Positions 15,148-25,306 of a DNA stretch of 64,000 nt are shown here, one piece after another. This DNA comes from a virus. The DNA is taken from IMG/VR virus record IMGVR_UViG_3300035181_002344. One strand, written 5' to 3'. Numbering within the stretch: the stretch's first letter is position 1; every line of letters starts with the position of its first letter. A program made the position numbers and the translations under genes. The notes beneath the pieces were generated by a model. That model was not told the origin of the DNA. It did not search any database and saw only the letters and a list, made by a program, of their open reading frames with translations.

Positions 15148-17825
15148 GCATCTCCGATATCTTAAAAGATTATAATAAATATGTATATGATATCGAAACC
15201 GTAAAGGTTGGTGATGCTGAACGTCCTTTTGCGGCCGCATTATATAAAATTGGAGATACAGATGCTTCTGAAGTGTTTTTATCTGTTCCTGAATTAATAA
15301 AGAAGCGGCTTAATTATCGTTCTCAGAGATATATTGCTAAATCACAATTAGATATACAAAAAACCATCTCTCCCCTCACTGATCCGATAGGCAGAGATAA
15401 AGCCCTCATGGAGATCCTCTCCCCTGCTCTATCGGATTCTAAAGGTGTTCTTGTAGGACATAATATTAGATTCGATTTAAAGAACACACTTAATACGATT
15501 AGACCAGAGTCTAAAACTCTGTTAATGAATCGTATTGGTATCAAAGAGCAATCTCATGCTCGTAATATTATTCCATCAAGGGTTGGAGCTTTAATACAAG
15601 CTGGAGAAGGTAAGAGAGCTTATGAAACTTATAAGAGTTATTTAAAGATAAGCCAATCAAAAGGCATAGCTCCGATTCTTGATACTCATATTCTAACCCA
15701 AGCCTTGCTTGCTGGTAGTGCTGGTGCTGGTGGTCCTGAATTTAATGATTATTTCTCTGGTCTAAAATTAGGATTTATTAGCGAATACGAACCATTCCAA
15801 CAATGGAAAAAAGGTTTAGGGCATACTGCTAAAGCCGATGTTCAGTTTACTGGAAAATATGCTGAATGGCTTACAGAAAAAGCTCTTCCACAAATGGAAG
15901 CTGGAAAGTTTGATAGTGAAGTTGGCGGCTTTTTAAATTATATCAAAAGCATCCAAGATAGCGGCTGGCAAATAAATCAGGCTAAAAAAGAAATTGCAGA
16001 ACATGCCCTTCAATCTGTTATTAATCAAGGTGATATTAGAACAGAGATTAAAGGTAGAAAGAGAATTTTTAAAGGTGTCACGTCCGGTGAAAAACTATAT
16101 AATGCGATCGGTAAGAGATCGACTTTTAATAAATTGGGCCGCGATGAATTTGTTGACACCTTTAATTTATTTTATAATTCTTTCTCTCCAATATCTTCTG
16201 AGACAGATAAAGCAGTTAGAGCTACAAAGATTCAAGAAGCAGAAGCTCATATTTGGAAGCAATTTTATGGAGATGAAGCAGAATATCTAAATAAATTGCG
16301 CGCCGAGGGTAAAATATTCAGGCCAACAATCTCATCTGTATCTGCCACTGTTGAAGAAGGAAAGAAATTTAAATTACCATCATGGGGTAAATATGCTGTA
16401 GGTGCAGTTAGTTTATGGGCATTATGGAATATATTAAGCAATCCATCTGGTAAAGATGATAAATATAACACCATCCAAGGGCTTCACCATGGTGGTCAAA
16501 ACCAACAATTAAGACGAGAAAACACTGATTTTGGTTCTGGTTGGCAAGGAATATTTGAGAATTTTACCAAAGAATTAAAAACATATCAGCATATTGCTAT
16601 TCTTGGTGCTATACCCGGATTCTTCAAAGGATATAACGAAGGAAGAGATACTGGTAAGATTAATGTTGCAGGAATGGCACGTAATATTGCTCTTGATATG
16701 GCCGACGATTTATTAATGTTGGCTGCGCCAACAATAGCTAAAGCTGTTCCACAATTTGAATCTGTACATCAATATCTAGAACATCCAATTGCAAAGCAAG
16801 CTAGTATAGGACTTTTTGGCTATACCATGGGTAAGGTTGCTGGAGAGATTTTTGCAAAAATATTTGGTAAAGATGATGCTTATAATACAATCGAAGGATT
16901 AAGACATGGTGGTATAGCTGAAAAATTACGCAAAAGAAATACAGATTTTGGTTCTGGATATCGTGGAATGCATCATACTGAATTTGATGAAAGTTATAAT
17001 ACCGCCGAAGATGTTTATGCTTATGAACAAATGCGTGCTTCTGCATTAGGTCTTTCATCTAAGGAAATGTATGAAAAATTAACCCAGCCAGATAAACAAA
17101 TGTCTCCTTATGTATCTGCTAGTGCAACAGCAGGTACAATTCTTCACCGCATTAAACAAGCAGAAGGCTTAATGTCAGGTGAGTATGTAGATGTTGAACG
17201 CTTTACATCAGATCCAATAAATAGAATTGCTGGTCACATAGATATTTTAGACAGATATGGTAGAATCGGTGATATTAAAACTGTATCTAGCGGAATTTAT
17301 GATACTATAGTAAAAGGTGGTGCACCAAAACCGATGCACGTATCTCAGGTTAATTTTTATCTTGGGTCTGAAGGATTAGATCAGGGATTTATTAAATACA
17401 TCAATCGTGAACGTCCATCGTCATCAAAGACTTATGCCATTGAATTCAATCCAGCTTTATATGAAAAGGATATGCGTAAGCTTGAGCGTGTACGCAGACG
17501 TATTGAAGCAGAAATTGAATCTGGTAAATTGCTAAAGAAAAATCTTCCAATGACAGCTTCATTAGAGACTTTGGAAAAATATAATGAAGATAAAGAATCT
17601 CCGGAAGAATTAATCCAGCAATTGCCCGTTTTGAAAAAGGCATTTCGTGAAGAAATGGCTTATCTAAGGACAACGAAACGTGGAATGCCTTCTGGTGGCG
17701 AAGGTCTAGCTCGTATTCAAGCTGCCAACGAAAGACGTAAACAAAGAATTGAAAATGCCATGGTATCAACCCAAGGCATTATGTTACAAGCTTATAACAA
17801 TAGGAACAACCATCATGTCATGTGA
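15144..17825 (+). CDS. multidomain protein: DEDDh 3'-5' exonuclease, hydrophobic segment, two 34-aa repeats, PD-(D/E)XK nuclease
   Basis: YDIET / GHNIRFD / HTAKADV; GTILH...GHID...DIKT...QVNFY; repeats GKDDxYNTIxGLxHGG...TDFGSG. Confidence 0.75.
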   Translation: MSISDILKDYNKYVYDIETVKVGDAERPFAAALYKIGDTDASEVFLSVPELIKKRLNYRSQRYIAKSQLDIQKTISPLTDPIGRDKALMEILSPALSDSKGVLVGHNIRFDLKNTLNTIRPESKTLLMNRIGIKEQSHARNIIPSRVGALIQAGEGKRAYETYKSYLKISQSKGIAPILDTHILTQALLAGSAGAGGPEFNDYFSGLKLGFISEYEPFQQWKKGLGHTAKADVQFTGKYAEWLTEKALPQMEAGKFDSEVGGFLNYIKSIQDSGWQINQAKKEIAEHALQSVINQGDIRTEIKGRKRIFKGVTSGEKLYNAIGKRSTFNKLGRDEFVDTFNLFYNSFSPISSETDKAVRATKIQEAEAHIWKQFYGDEAEYLNKLRAEGKIFRPTISSVSATVEEGKKFKLPSWGKYAVGAVSLWALWNILSNPSGKDDKYNTIQGLHHGGQNQQLRRENTDFGSGWQGIFENFTKELKTYQHIAILGAIPGFFKGYNEGRDTGKINVAGMARNIALDMADDLLMLAAPTIAKAVPQFESVHQYLEHPIAKQASIGLFGYTMGKVAGEIFAKIFGKDDAYNTIEGLRHGGIAEKLRKRNTDFGSGYRGMHHTEFDESYNTAEDVYAYEQMRASALGLSSKEMYEKLTQPDKQMSPYVSASATAGTILHRIKQAEGLMSGEYVDVERFTSDPINRIAGHIDILDRYGRIGDIKTVSSGIYDTIVKGGAPKPMHVSQVNFYLGSEGLDQGFIKYINRERPSSSKTYAIEFNPALYEKDMRKLERVRRRIEAEIESGKLLKKNLPMTASLETLEKYNEDKESPEELIQQLPVLKKAFREEMAYLRTTKRGMPSGGEGLARIQAANERRKQRIENAMVSTQGIMLQAYNNRNNHHVM

Positions 17826-18072
17826 TCTTAATGATGCATCTCAAATATTATTGATTGCCAATGAATTTTTTCCCATTGAGCCATCAAAACTTTTTTCTCA
17901 TAACTTAACTTTAGATGAATCTAACAAACTAATATTAAATATATGGGTTGATGGTTCTGGATGGATGACAATCGATACAGCAGAGATTAATGGATCTATT
18001 AGAGAATATTTTGAAAATACCAAACAAGAATTATCAACCAAGTTAAAGGAGGTATCCGATGGGCTTAGGTAG
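17815..18072 (+). CDS. hypothetical protein
   Basis: ORF track 17749..18072; likely start at 17815. Confidence 0.55.
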   Translation: MSCDLNDASQILLIANEFFPIEPSKLFSHNLTLDESNKLILNIWVDGSGWMTIDTAEINGSIREYFENTKQELSTKLKEVSDGLR

Positions 18073-18970
18073 TATATTAGCCGAAGCCGGAACAAAGGCA
18101 GGTGGACAACTAGCACAGCATAGTGATCTTTTATATTCTGCTGGTAGAATGATCGGTTCTGGATTAATTGGTGGAACAGCAATGGCTGCTGGTGCTGGTT
18201 TAATAAATGCTGCTGGCGGAGATGTAAATGCTGGTAGTGCTTTTAAATTAGGATTTGCCGCATTTGCTGGTATGAAAGGTTTAAAATTATATAGCAGTGG
18301 AAATCTTGGTAGTTTTGCAGGACTTGGAAGCAGAGCTTTTTCGGGATTGGCTGGCCTTGAGAAAAAGGCTGGACTTGCTTTTGCAGGTAGATATATGAAT
18401 GAAAATTGGATGAAACAACTTGCAAAGGTTGGTCGAAGTTCAAAAGAAGGTATGGCTATGCTTGGAAGAGCTGCTTTATATACACGTTTAGCAAGTGGTG
18501 CTGTTAGTGGAGCTGCCCTAGGAGCTGCTGTTGGAGCTGGCTATGGGCTTTTTTCTGATAAGCAGACAATGTTTGGTGGGGCTTTTAAAGGAGCCATTTT
18601 AGGTGCTGCCGCTGGAGCTGCATTTCGTCAATTTGGTGGTGGTTTTAGTAAATTAAATAGAAAATATGCAATGCGTGCTATTAGTGCTAACAAACCTATT
18701 GGTGGAGCTATTAGCCATCCAGCAGCTGCAGCTGTCAAAGCTGCTACTGTAGCCGCTGCTGCTAAACCTATAAAAACATTTGTTGATGACAGTTTTGTCC
18801 AAGCATCAAAAGCTGAAGCTGTTAAGAATCGTATTCGCAATATTTTTAACACTAGACCAGCAAGAAATGTAAAAACAAATGCATCAATAGCAAATGGAAG
18901 AATGTCATTGCAAGATAGTGCTGACTTAAAAGCACACTTAATAGCTAAATATGGAAATGCATTCTCTTAA
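18059..18970 (+). CDS. Gly/Ala-rich glycine-zipper membrane protein (possible ejection protein)
   Basis: repeated GxxxG hydrophobic helices, e.g. GAVSGAALGAAVGAGYG. Confidence 0.55.
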   Translation: MGLGSILAEAGTKAGGQLAQHSDLLYSAGRMIGSGLIGGTAMAAGAGLINAAGGDVNAGSAFKLGFAAFAGMKGLKLYSSGNLGSFAGLGSRAFSGLAGLEKKAGLAFAGRYMNENWMKQLAKVGRSSKEGMAMLGRAALYTRLASGAVSGAALGAAVGAGYGLFSDKQTMFGGAFKGAILGAAAGAAFRQFGGGFSKLNRKYAMRAISANKPIGGAISHPAAAAVKAATVAAAAKPIKTFVDDSFVQASKAEAVKNRIRNIFNTRPARNVKTNASIANGRMSLQDSADLKAHLIAKYGNAFS

Positions 18971-18987
18971 TAAAAAAAGGATTATAA

Positions 18988-19845
18988 ATGTACTCTCCAT
19001 ATACATATCCCGGTGAAGAATTAACCAGAAGTTGGAGCGGTGATAATTATGTAATGCCTGGAAGGATTACTGCCGGCGCATTAGCAGGTGTTGGTATGCT
19101 GGGTCTTGGTGTGGTCGGTGGTATTTCGACTAGAGCTATTCATAATCGTTTAATGAATAAGCAGGGACGATACTATGATCTAAATCTAAAGCTTAGCAAT
19201 CCAAAAGAATATGAAAGATTATGGCGATTAAAAAATCCAGGCAAAGAATTTAGTAAAAATTATGCGCATGATTTTTATAAAATGGCCACAAATCCATTGT
19301 ATTCTTTTGGTAAACAGATGAAACTCTGGGAAACAAGAGAAGCATTTTCTTTAGAGCAAAAGATATACAATAAAATTGGAATTCAAGCTGGTAGATTTAA
19401 TGGCAAATTTGTTTCAATGCCGATTTTAACCACTGGCATTTTTGCCATGATGAACATCAACGAACAATTTGAAAAAGTTGGTGATAGCAGAGCTATTGGT
19501 CGTGGCGTTATGCAAACTGGCGCTGAATTAGCTGGCGGATTTATTGGACAAGGTGTTGGTGCATTAATAGGTTTGGCTGTTGGAGGTCCACTTGGCGCAA
19601 TGGCTTTTGGACTTGCTGGTAGTGCTGTCGGTGCACTTGCTGGAAGTCAAAGCATGAATGTTTATGATGCTTTAAAGATTGCGGGTAGAAAATGGACAAA
19701 TCCAGAACTTGGCGGAGGAATTATAGATAATGCCGCAACACAAACAATGAGAGCCAGATCCTTAAATGCTATCCGCACATCACAATTTAATATTCGTTCT
19801 GCAATAGGTAACGAAGCATTTTATATGAATACTGGATTAATGTAA
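18988..19845 (+). CDS. glycine-zipper membrane protein (possible ejection protein)
   Basis: GGFIGQGVGALIGLAVGGPLGAMAFGLAGSAVGALAG. Confidence 0.55.
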   Translation: MYSPYTYPGEELTRSWSGDNYVMPGRITAGALAGVGMLGLGVVGGISTRAIHNRLMNKQGRYYDLNLKLSNPKEYERLWRLKNPGKEFSKNYAHDFYKMATNPLYSFGKQMKLWETREAFSLEQKIYNKIGIQAGRFNGKFVSMPILTTGIFAMMNINEQFEKVGDSRAIGRGVMQTGAELAGGFIGQGVGALIGLAVGGPLGAMAFGLAGSAVGALAGSQSMNVYDALKIAGRKWTNPELGGGIIDNAATQTMRARSLNAIRTSQFNIRSAIGNEAFYMNTGLM

Positions 19846-20321
19846 TGGGTTTTAAATACAATGATAAAAGATATCAGATATGGCGTAATAAAGTTTTTAG
19901 AAGAGACAATTTCCAATGTCAATTATGTGGAACTAAAGGTGGGGCATTAAATGCTCATCATATTAAAAAGAAATCAGAGTATCCGCATCTTGCATATATA
20001 ACTACAAATGGAATAACTTTATGTACCAAATGCCATGCTGTCGTCACAAAGAATGAACAGATTTTTGAAAGATTTTTTGAGGCCATAATCAAAAAAATAC
20101 TTAGTTACGATTTGGTCTATCAATTTTTTTTCTGGCTAACAACAGTTAGACCTGATATAGTTAATGCTTTTAAGCAATATAATAAATGGGAAAAAATTCC
20201 CGCACATTTGGTAACGGAGATTACTAAGAATGCCAGAATCTCAAAATATAATAAAAGACGTATCGGATCCGCTCCTCGAACTGGAACAATACGAAAGCGA
20301 CCAAAAAAAAGAGACGCTTAA
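19845..20321 (+). CDS. HNH endonuclease (terminase-adjacent)
   Basis: RDNFQCQLCG...LNAHHI...NGITLCTKCH. Confidence 0.9.
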   Translation: MGFKYNDKRYQIWRNKVFRRDNFQCQLCGTKGGALNAHHIKKKSEYPHLAYITTNGITLCTKCHAVVTKNEQIFERFFEAIIKKILSYDLVYQFFFWLTTVRPDIVNAFKQYNKWEKIPAHLVTEITKNARISKYNKRRIGSAPRTGTIRKRPKKRDA

Positions 20322-22329
20322 TAATAAGCTAAAATATGTTCCTAATATTTTAGACGATCCATACGACTATTTCTATCAGGACGAAGAAGAGCCAGAAATC
20401 GATCCTTCCTCTGATATTGTATTAAATAAAGAAAACTTTAGCAAGTTTTTACAAACTCAGTTTAAAGAGATAGACGAGACTAAAAAGCCTTATATAGCTA
20501 AAGCTGCTAGATTTGATCCTGCTTTTATGGTAGATCCAGTTAATGAATATTATATTAATCGTCTGCCAAAGAAATTAATTAAAAGCTTATCAGAAGATGA
20601 GCTAGCCGAAGTTTTGAGCCTAGAAGATCCAATCACCTGGGCTGAACGTTATTTATTACAAAAGCATGGCGGATGGAAACCTCGTCATTCTAAAGACGGG
20701 ATTCCTTATCAATCACAGATAGTTAGGTGCAGAAGTAAACGTCTTGTTGTACGTGCAGGACGAAGAGTTGGTAAAAGTGCTGGCATTATTGTACGAATCT
20801 TGCATAGAGCTTTCACTTGGAAAAGCGATGGTATAAAACCAAATTATAATATTGTAATTTTTACACCAAACCAGTCTCAAATCAAGTTGCTATTTAAGAT
20901 GATGGAATTGTTTGTTGATAGCCATCCGATGTTAATATCTATGGTTAAAAATGGTAAATTTCCATCTATACAACAGCCAAACTATATAACTGAGTTATCT
21001 AATGGCGTTACAATACAAGGCTTTGTTTCTGGATCGTCCGCCATTCGTGGTCAAGCTGCAGATATGTTGATATTAGATGAAGCTTCATATTTAACAGCAG
21101 ACGATACAGATAGCGTTGTTTCTCTTATCAACGAACATCCGAATGTTGAATTGTTGATTACATCAACTCCACAAGGATTAAAAGATTGGTTTTTTGATCG
21201 CGTTCACGATCCTGATTATATAAGCTTATATTTTCCTTCAGATCGTTTTCATCCATTTTGGTCTAAAAAAATGGAAGATGAGTTTCGTAGCACTCTTACA
21301 AGCGCAGGCTACATGCACGAAGTTCTTGCGGAATTTTCTCCTTCTGGTACTGGTGTTTTTCAGTATCCATTTGTCGAAGCTGCAAAAATTGATTCTTATG
21401 CTTATGCCGACTGCAAATATGATGCATCATGTATATATGGAGTTGGCGTAGATTGGAATGATCCTGATAATGGTACTCAAATACGTGTTGTTGAATTTAA
21501 TCCAGCAATATCTAAATATCGTTGTGTTGCAAGCATTGGCGTTCATATAAAAGGATGGACACAAACCCAAGCAATGGATTATATTAAAAAAATAAATAGA
21601 GAATGGCGGCCTGCTTTTATATATGTAGACCAAGGACATGGTGGAACGCAAATTGAGATGCTGCATCAACATGGAATGAAAGCTCCAGTAGGGTCAATAG
21701 ATAGGCGACTTATAAAAGTAAAAGGTATCAATTTCAAAAGTGCTATCGAAGTTTATGATCCTTGGCAGAAGAAAAAAGTTCGCAAAGATACAAAATCATT
21801 TATGGTTAATAATGCCGTTAGATTATTTGAGAATGGATTAATTGAATTCCCTGAAGAAGATGAAGTTCTTGAAAAACAACTACTTGGATATAAAATAGAT
21901 CATTTCACTCCAAGTGGTTCTCCTGTTTATAAGGCAGATTCCAAATATGGAGATCATACACTTGATGCATTTATGATATGTATGCTTGGATTTACCTTAG
22001 AAACAACAACTCTCGGCAAACCATTGGTAGCAACAAATGTTGTTCCAGCTAATATTAGTTATCCAAATCCTAAGCAAATAGAAGCACAGAGTAAAGAACA
22101 GTTTTTAAATAATTTAGATCCCTATCGTAATTATAGGGATGCTGCTTTAGCAAGAGATAAGGCCAAAGAAAAAGAAGAATATTTGGCGGCAAATAAACCT
22201 TCCAAACTCATGGGTTTTGGCTTATTAAATATGAATAAAGTTGAACGAAGACAAACATCTAACTATGGCAACAAGAATCATCCGTTTGCCAAACCAAACG
22301 ATGGTCGAACATCAAGAGTAAAGTTCTAA
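20230..22329 (+). CDS. terL: terminase large subunit
   Basis: RAGRRVGKS (Walker A), LILDEA (Walker B), STP coupling motif, GVDWN and DHTLDA nuclease motifs. Confidence 0.93.
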   Translation: MPESQNIIKDVSDPLLELEQYESDQKKETLNNKLKYVPNILDDPYDYFYQDEEEPEIDPSSDIVLNKENFSKFLQTQFKEIDETKKPYIAKAARFDPAFMVDPVNEYYINRLPKKLIKSLSEDELAEVLSLEDPITWAERYLLQKHGGWKPRHSKDGIPYQSQIVRCRSKRLVVRAGRRVGKSAGIIVRILHRAFTWKSDGIKPNYNIVIFTPNQSQIKLLFKMMELFVDSHPMLISMVKNGKFPSIQQPNYITELSNGVTIQGFVSGSSAIRGQAADMLILDEASYLTADDTDSVVSLINEHPNVELLITSTPQGLKDWFFDRVHDPDYISLYFPSDRFHPFWSKKMEDEFRSTLTSAGYMHEVLAEFSPSGTGVFQYPFVEAAKIDSYAYADCKYDASCIYGVGVDWNDPDNGTQIRVVEFNPAISKYRCVASIGVHIKGWTQTQAMDYIKKINREWRPAFIYVDQGHGGTQIEMLHQHGMKAPVGSIDRRLIKVKGINFKSAIEVYDPWQKKKVRKDTKSFMVNNAVRLFENGLIEFPEEDEVLEKQLLGYKIDHFTPSGSPVYKADSKYGDHTLDAFMICMLGFTLETTTLGKPLVATNVVPANISYPNPKQIEAQSKEQFLNNLDPYRNYRDAALARDKAKEKEEYLAANKPSKLMGFGLLNMNKVERRQTSNYGNKNHPFAKPNDGRTSRVKF

Positions 22330-22338
22330 GGAGTTATA

Positions 22339-23610
22339 ATGGATAATCCTACTTATGCTAATTTGCTTGATATATATTACTATGATAAAAAGTTTGACAA
22401 ATATGTTATACTTGGCAAGGATAGACCTCTCCCTTTATCCGCAATCTTAAATAGCGGTAATGGACATTTTCTTATTAAAAACAATACTAAATTTTACATT
22501 ACAAATATTGAAATAAAATATGAAGAACCGTCTAATTATAATATAGCGATGAATATAGCATCGCAAGGGCAAATACCAAATACTAATACGCGTGTTATAA
22601 ATCGCTCTATATCTAAAGCAGACTTTCCTGAGCTACATCTACTTCCGCCTAGCGGAGTTATAAAAATATTTTTGGAAGTTTATCCAAAGCCAGGATATAA
22701 AATCGATTTTTACAATTTGCCACTTGATATCTCTTTCCGCCGTTCGGTTATTAGCACTGAAAATATGTTAATACATTTTGAATTTTCAGAAGACGGACAT
22801 GATGCTAGAATTTATGATAGCTTTAATGATATTGTAGGTATTGTGCATGATGCCGATCCTTCTACAAACAAAATAATTAATAATTTTGGTCTTGCTGCCT
22901 TTAGAAATAAGGGAGATAAGATAGATTTTTCACTTAGTTCTTTTGACATTGTTGTTAGTCCAATTTCCAAAGAGGTAACTGGAAAGATAAATGCTGGATG
23001 CAGCATTAGCACTTTTGTTGTTGTCGATATGCGTGCATTGTTACCATCTCCTCTTCGCATTGGACCGAAAATTGCTAATACATTTAATAGTGCTGTGGTT
23101 CTTAAAGCTAAAGTTACTACCGGGGTTAACATTAATCCTAATTTTTATATTCTTGGACAAAATGTTTCAAATATAAAAACCCACGTAGACTTTATGCGAA
23201 ATTTACAATATACTGGAACAACAAAAACATCAGTATATGTTACTAATACGCACGATATGCTGATGAATATTGCTAAAGTAAAAACCAGTCTTTTTGTAGC
23301 TGCTGTTGGACAAACAGATACTAGTACAATTACAGTAAAAACAGCGGTAAAAGTTGGGTCAATAGAGCCGAATGTATTAAGTTTACGTAATAATGTTATC
23401 TATGCAGTTCATGTTGCATATATTCCAATATATACTGTTCTTGCTGCAGCCGCTATTAGAACTGGAGTATCATTAAATTCTATTATATCATATAGCCTTA
23501 TAGGAAAGGCCGTCAAAGTTGGTGTGGCAACGGCACCTATTATATCATATAATGCTACAAACAGCAATCTTAGTACAATAAGAGCCGGTGTTAATATCCA
23601 AACAATTTAA
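22339..23610 (+). CDS. virion-associated beta-rich protein containing an N-terminal part of a LamG-like fold
   Basis: MLIHFEFSEDG...IYDS...AAFRNKGDKIDF resembles the start of a LamG/concanavalin domain. Confidence 0.45.
   Translation: MDNPTYANLLDIYYYDKKFDKYVILGKDRPLPLSAILNSGNGHFLIKNNTKFYITNIEIKYEEPSNYNIAMNIASQGQIPNTNTRVINRSISKADFPELHLLPPSGVIKIFLEVYPKPGYKIDFYNLPLDISFRRSVISTENMLIHFEFSEDGHDARIYDSFNDIVGIVHDADPSTNKIINNFGLAAFRNKGDKIDFSLSSFDIVVSPISKEVTGKINAGCSISTFVVVDMRALLPSPLRIGPKIANTFNSAVVLKAKVTTGVNINPNFYILGQNVSNIKTHVDFMRNLQYTGTTKTSVYVTNTHDMLMNIAKVKTSLFVAAVGQTDTSTITVKTAVKVGSIEPNVLSLRNNVIYAVHVAYIPIYTVLAAAAIRTGVSLNSIISYSLIGKAVKVGVATAPIISYNATNSNLSTIRAGVNIQTI
22701..22752 (+). promoter_or_regulatory. 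candidate intragenic phage promoter
   Basis: AATCGATTTT-N13-TTGATA-N18-TTATT; in-frame ATG at 22765. Confidence 0.4.
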
Positions 23611-23631
23611 AACAAATTAGGAGCTTAAAAA

Positions 23632-24822
23632 ATGCAATCTCACAAACCCGAATTACATTTAGAATATTCGCTTTATGATGCTTTCGGAAACAAGCTTTTT
23701 ACAAAACAGCATAATCATAAAGAAATTGCGCCCGCCGAAATATCTATTGTCGTAAAAGACAATAAAGGTCGCATAGTAAAAGAACATAAACAACCAATGC
23801 GAAGTTTGCTTGGGAATTATATAAAATCTTTGTTTATAGAAACTTTTTATTTAACTCAAACTCCAGCATTGCAAATGGAAAACATTGCCGATATATTTTG
23901 TGGAAGAAGTTCTTCTGGCAACTGTTTGATTTCAAATGGTGGCGCTGGAAATAATTATGGTATTGTTATTGGAGCAGATCCAACTGCAGTTACTGCGACT
24001 CAAAATAAATTATTTGGCGTTATTAGTCATGGTTCTGGAACTGGTCAGTTAAATTATTCTGCGATGACCTTCTATACATCTACAGCGATAACTGGTGGTT
24101 ATCAATTTGAAATTAAACGTCAATTCACAAATTCAACTACTAATACAATTTACGTTAAAGAAGTAGGCCTTTATGGATCTTGGGATACTACAAATAGAAT
24201 TTGTTATGCACGTGATGTTTTAGATAGTAGTGGTGCTGCAATCAATATTGGTGTCACAGCTGGTCAAACCATTGAAGTTCGTTATACATTTCAAATAGAT
24301 CAGGCTGGTTTATTTAATAAAGTATTTTTTGATATGCTTTATGGTAAAATGTCCGGAACATCTGTTACTATGAAATCTACAGATGGTATGGATAGGACTA
24401 TGGCTCATACTACATATTATCCATTAGCTGCTTCTGCTAATGATAGCACATATGGATTAACATTAGGAACATTTTCTTCACCACAATCAGTTGATAGCTA
24501 TCAGCTTGGAAATAGAATTATACAAGGAACGAGTTCTGGACAATTAGAGTATCTTATTACAGAAGTGGTCCCTTATTCTGAAGATCCAACTTTTGCTGAA
24601 TTTGGTGTAAAAAGAAAATTTACAAATCGTTCTGGAGCTCCTATTGTGGTTAATGAAGTAGGTTTAAGTGCCAAGGGTTCTGTAGGTTCATATGAATTTT
24701 TATTTTCAAGAGCAGCTGTATCGCCAATTACTATTGGAGATCAACAAACAATAGAAGTGAAATTTGTTGTACGTGCCACTACTATGGATATCGTAAGCGT
24801 TCCTGTAAATGCCGCTCAATAA
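23632..24822 (+). CDS. virion structural protein with an internal tandem domain duplication
   Basis: YGxxxG...GQLxY...RxFTN...VxEVGL...QTIEV occurs twice. Confidence 0.6.
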   Translation: MQSHKPELHLEYSLYDAFGNKLFTKQHNHKEIAPAEISIVVKDNKGRIVKEHKQPMRSLLGNYIKSLFIETFYLTQTPALQMENIADIFCGRSSSGNCLISNGGAGNNYGIVIGADPTAVTATQNKLFGVISHGSGTGQLNYSAMTFYTSTAITGGYQFEIKRQFTNSTTNTIYVKEVGLYGSWDTTNRICYARDVLDSSGAAINIGVTAGQTIEVRYTFQIDQAGLFNKVFFDMLYGKMSGTSVTMKSTDGMDRTMAHTTYYPLAASANDSTYGLTLGTFSSPQSVDSYQLGNRIIQGTSSGQLEYLITEVVPYSEDPTFAEFGVKRKFTNRSGAPIVVNEVGLSAKGSVGSYEFLFSRAAVSPITIGDQQTIEVKFVVRATTMDIVSVPVNAAQ

Positions 24823-25306
24823 TCAAGGAGGATTAATGCTTTACCCTGGTTTATCATTATTTGCTAAACTAAAAATAAAATTACCAAATTATAAACTTGT
24901 TTTACTTTATGGCTTTGATGACGAAGGACGTGAATTGTCGATGGGTATTACAGAGCAAAGCAAACTTTTTATTCATATAGATACAGGATATAATTTCGGC
25001 GATGTTATTAGTGAAGATGTCATTGGTGATATTGGCGAAGAAATAATTGTTGGTTTTTCTGTAGATAAAATGGGCAATGCAATATTTTCTGTAGATGGCA
25101 AAGTCATGTTTGGAGATAATAATACAGATCATTATCCCGAGGGATATAATTATTTCGATGATTCAGAACAGATCATTCATGGTCTTGATTCATTTACAAT
25201 TGGCTACGATGGTATTCAGTCTATCATTGCAGATGTTTATGATTTTGTCTTATATAGTAGAAGTAAACCGGTTCAATTTCATAAAGAGGTTGGTTATTTG
25301 TTATGA
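24809..25306 (+). CDS. LamG/concanavalin-like protein (C-terminal part)
   Basis: SLFAKLKI...FSVDGK...FTIG...VYDFVLYSR resembles the LamG core and end. Confidence 0.45.
   Translation: MPLNNQGGLMLYPGLSLFAKLKIKLPNYKLVLLYGFDDEGRELSMGITEQSKLFIHIDTGYNFGDVISEDVIGDIGEEIIVGFSVDKMGNAIFSVDGKVMFGDNNTDHYPEGYNYFDDSEQIIHGLDSFTIGYDGIQSIIADVYDFVLYSRSKPVQFHKEVGYLL

Noticed and set aside
19845-20321. HNH as an intron-borne homing endonuclease
   Set aside because: It is free-standing, interrupts no gene and abuts terL, which fits a packaging-associated HNH.
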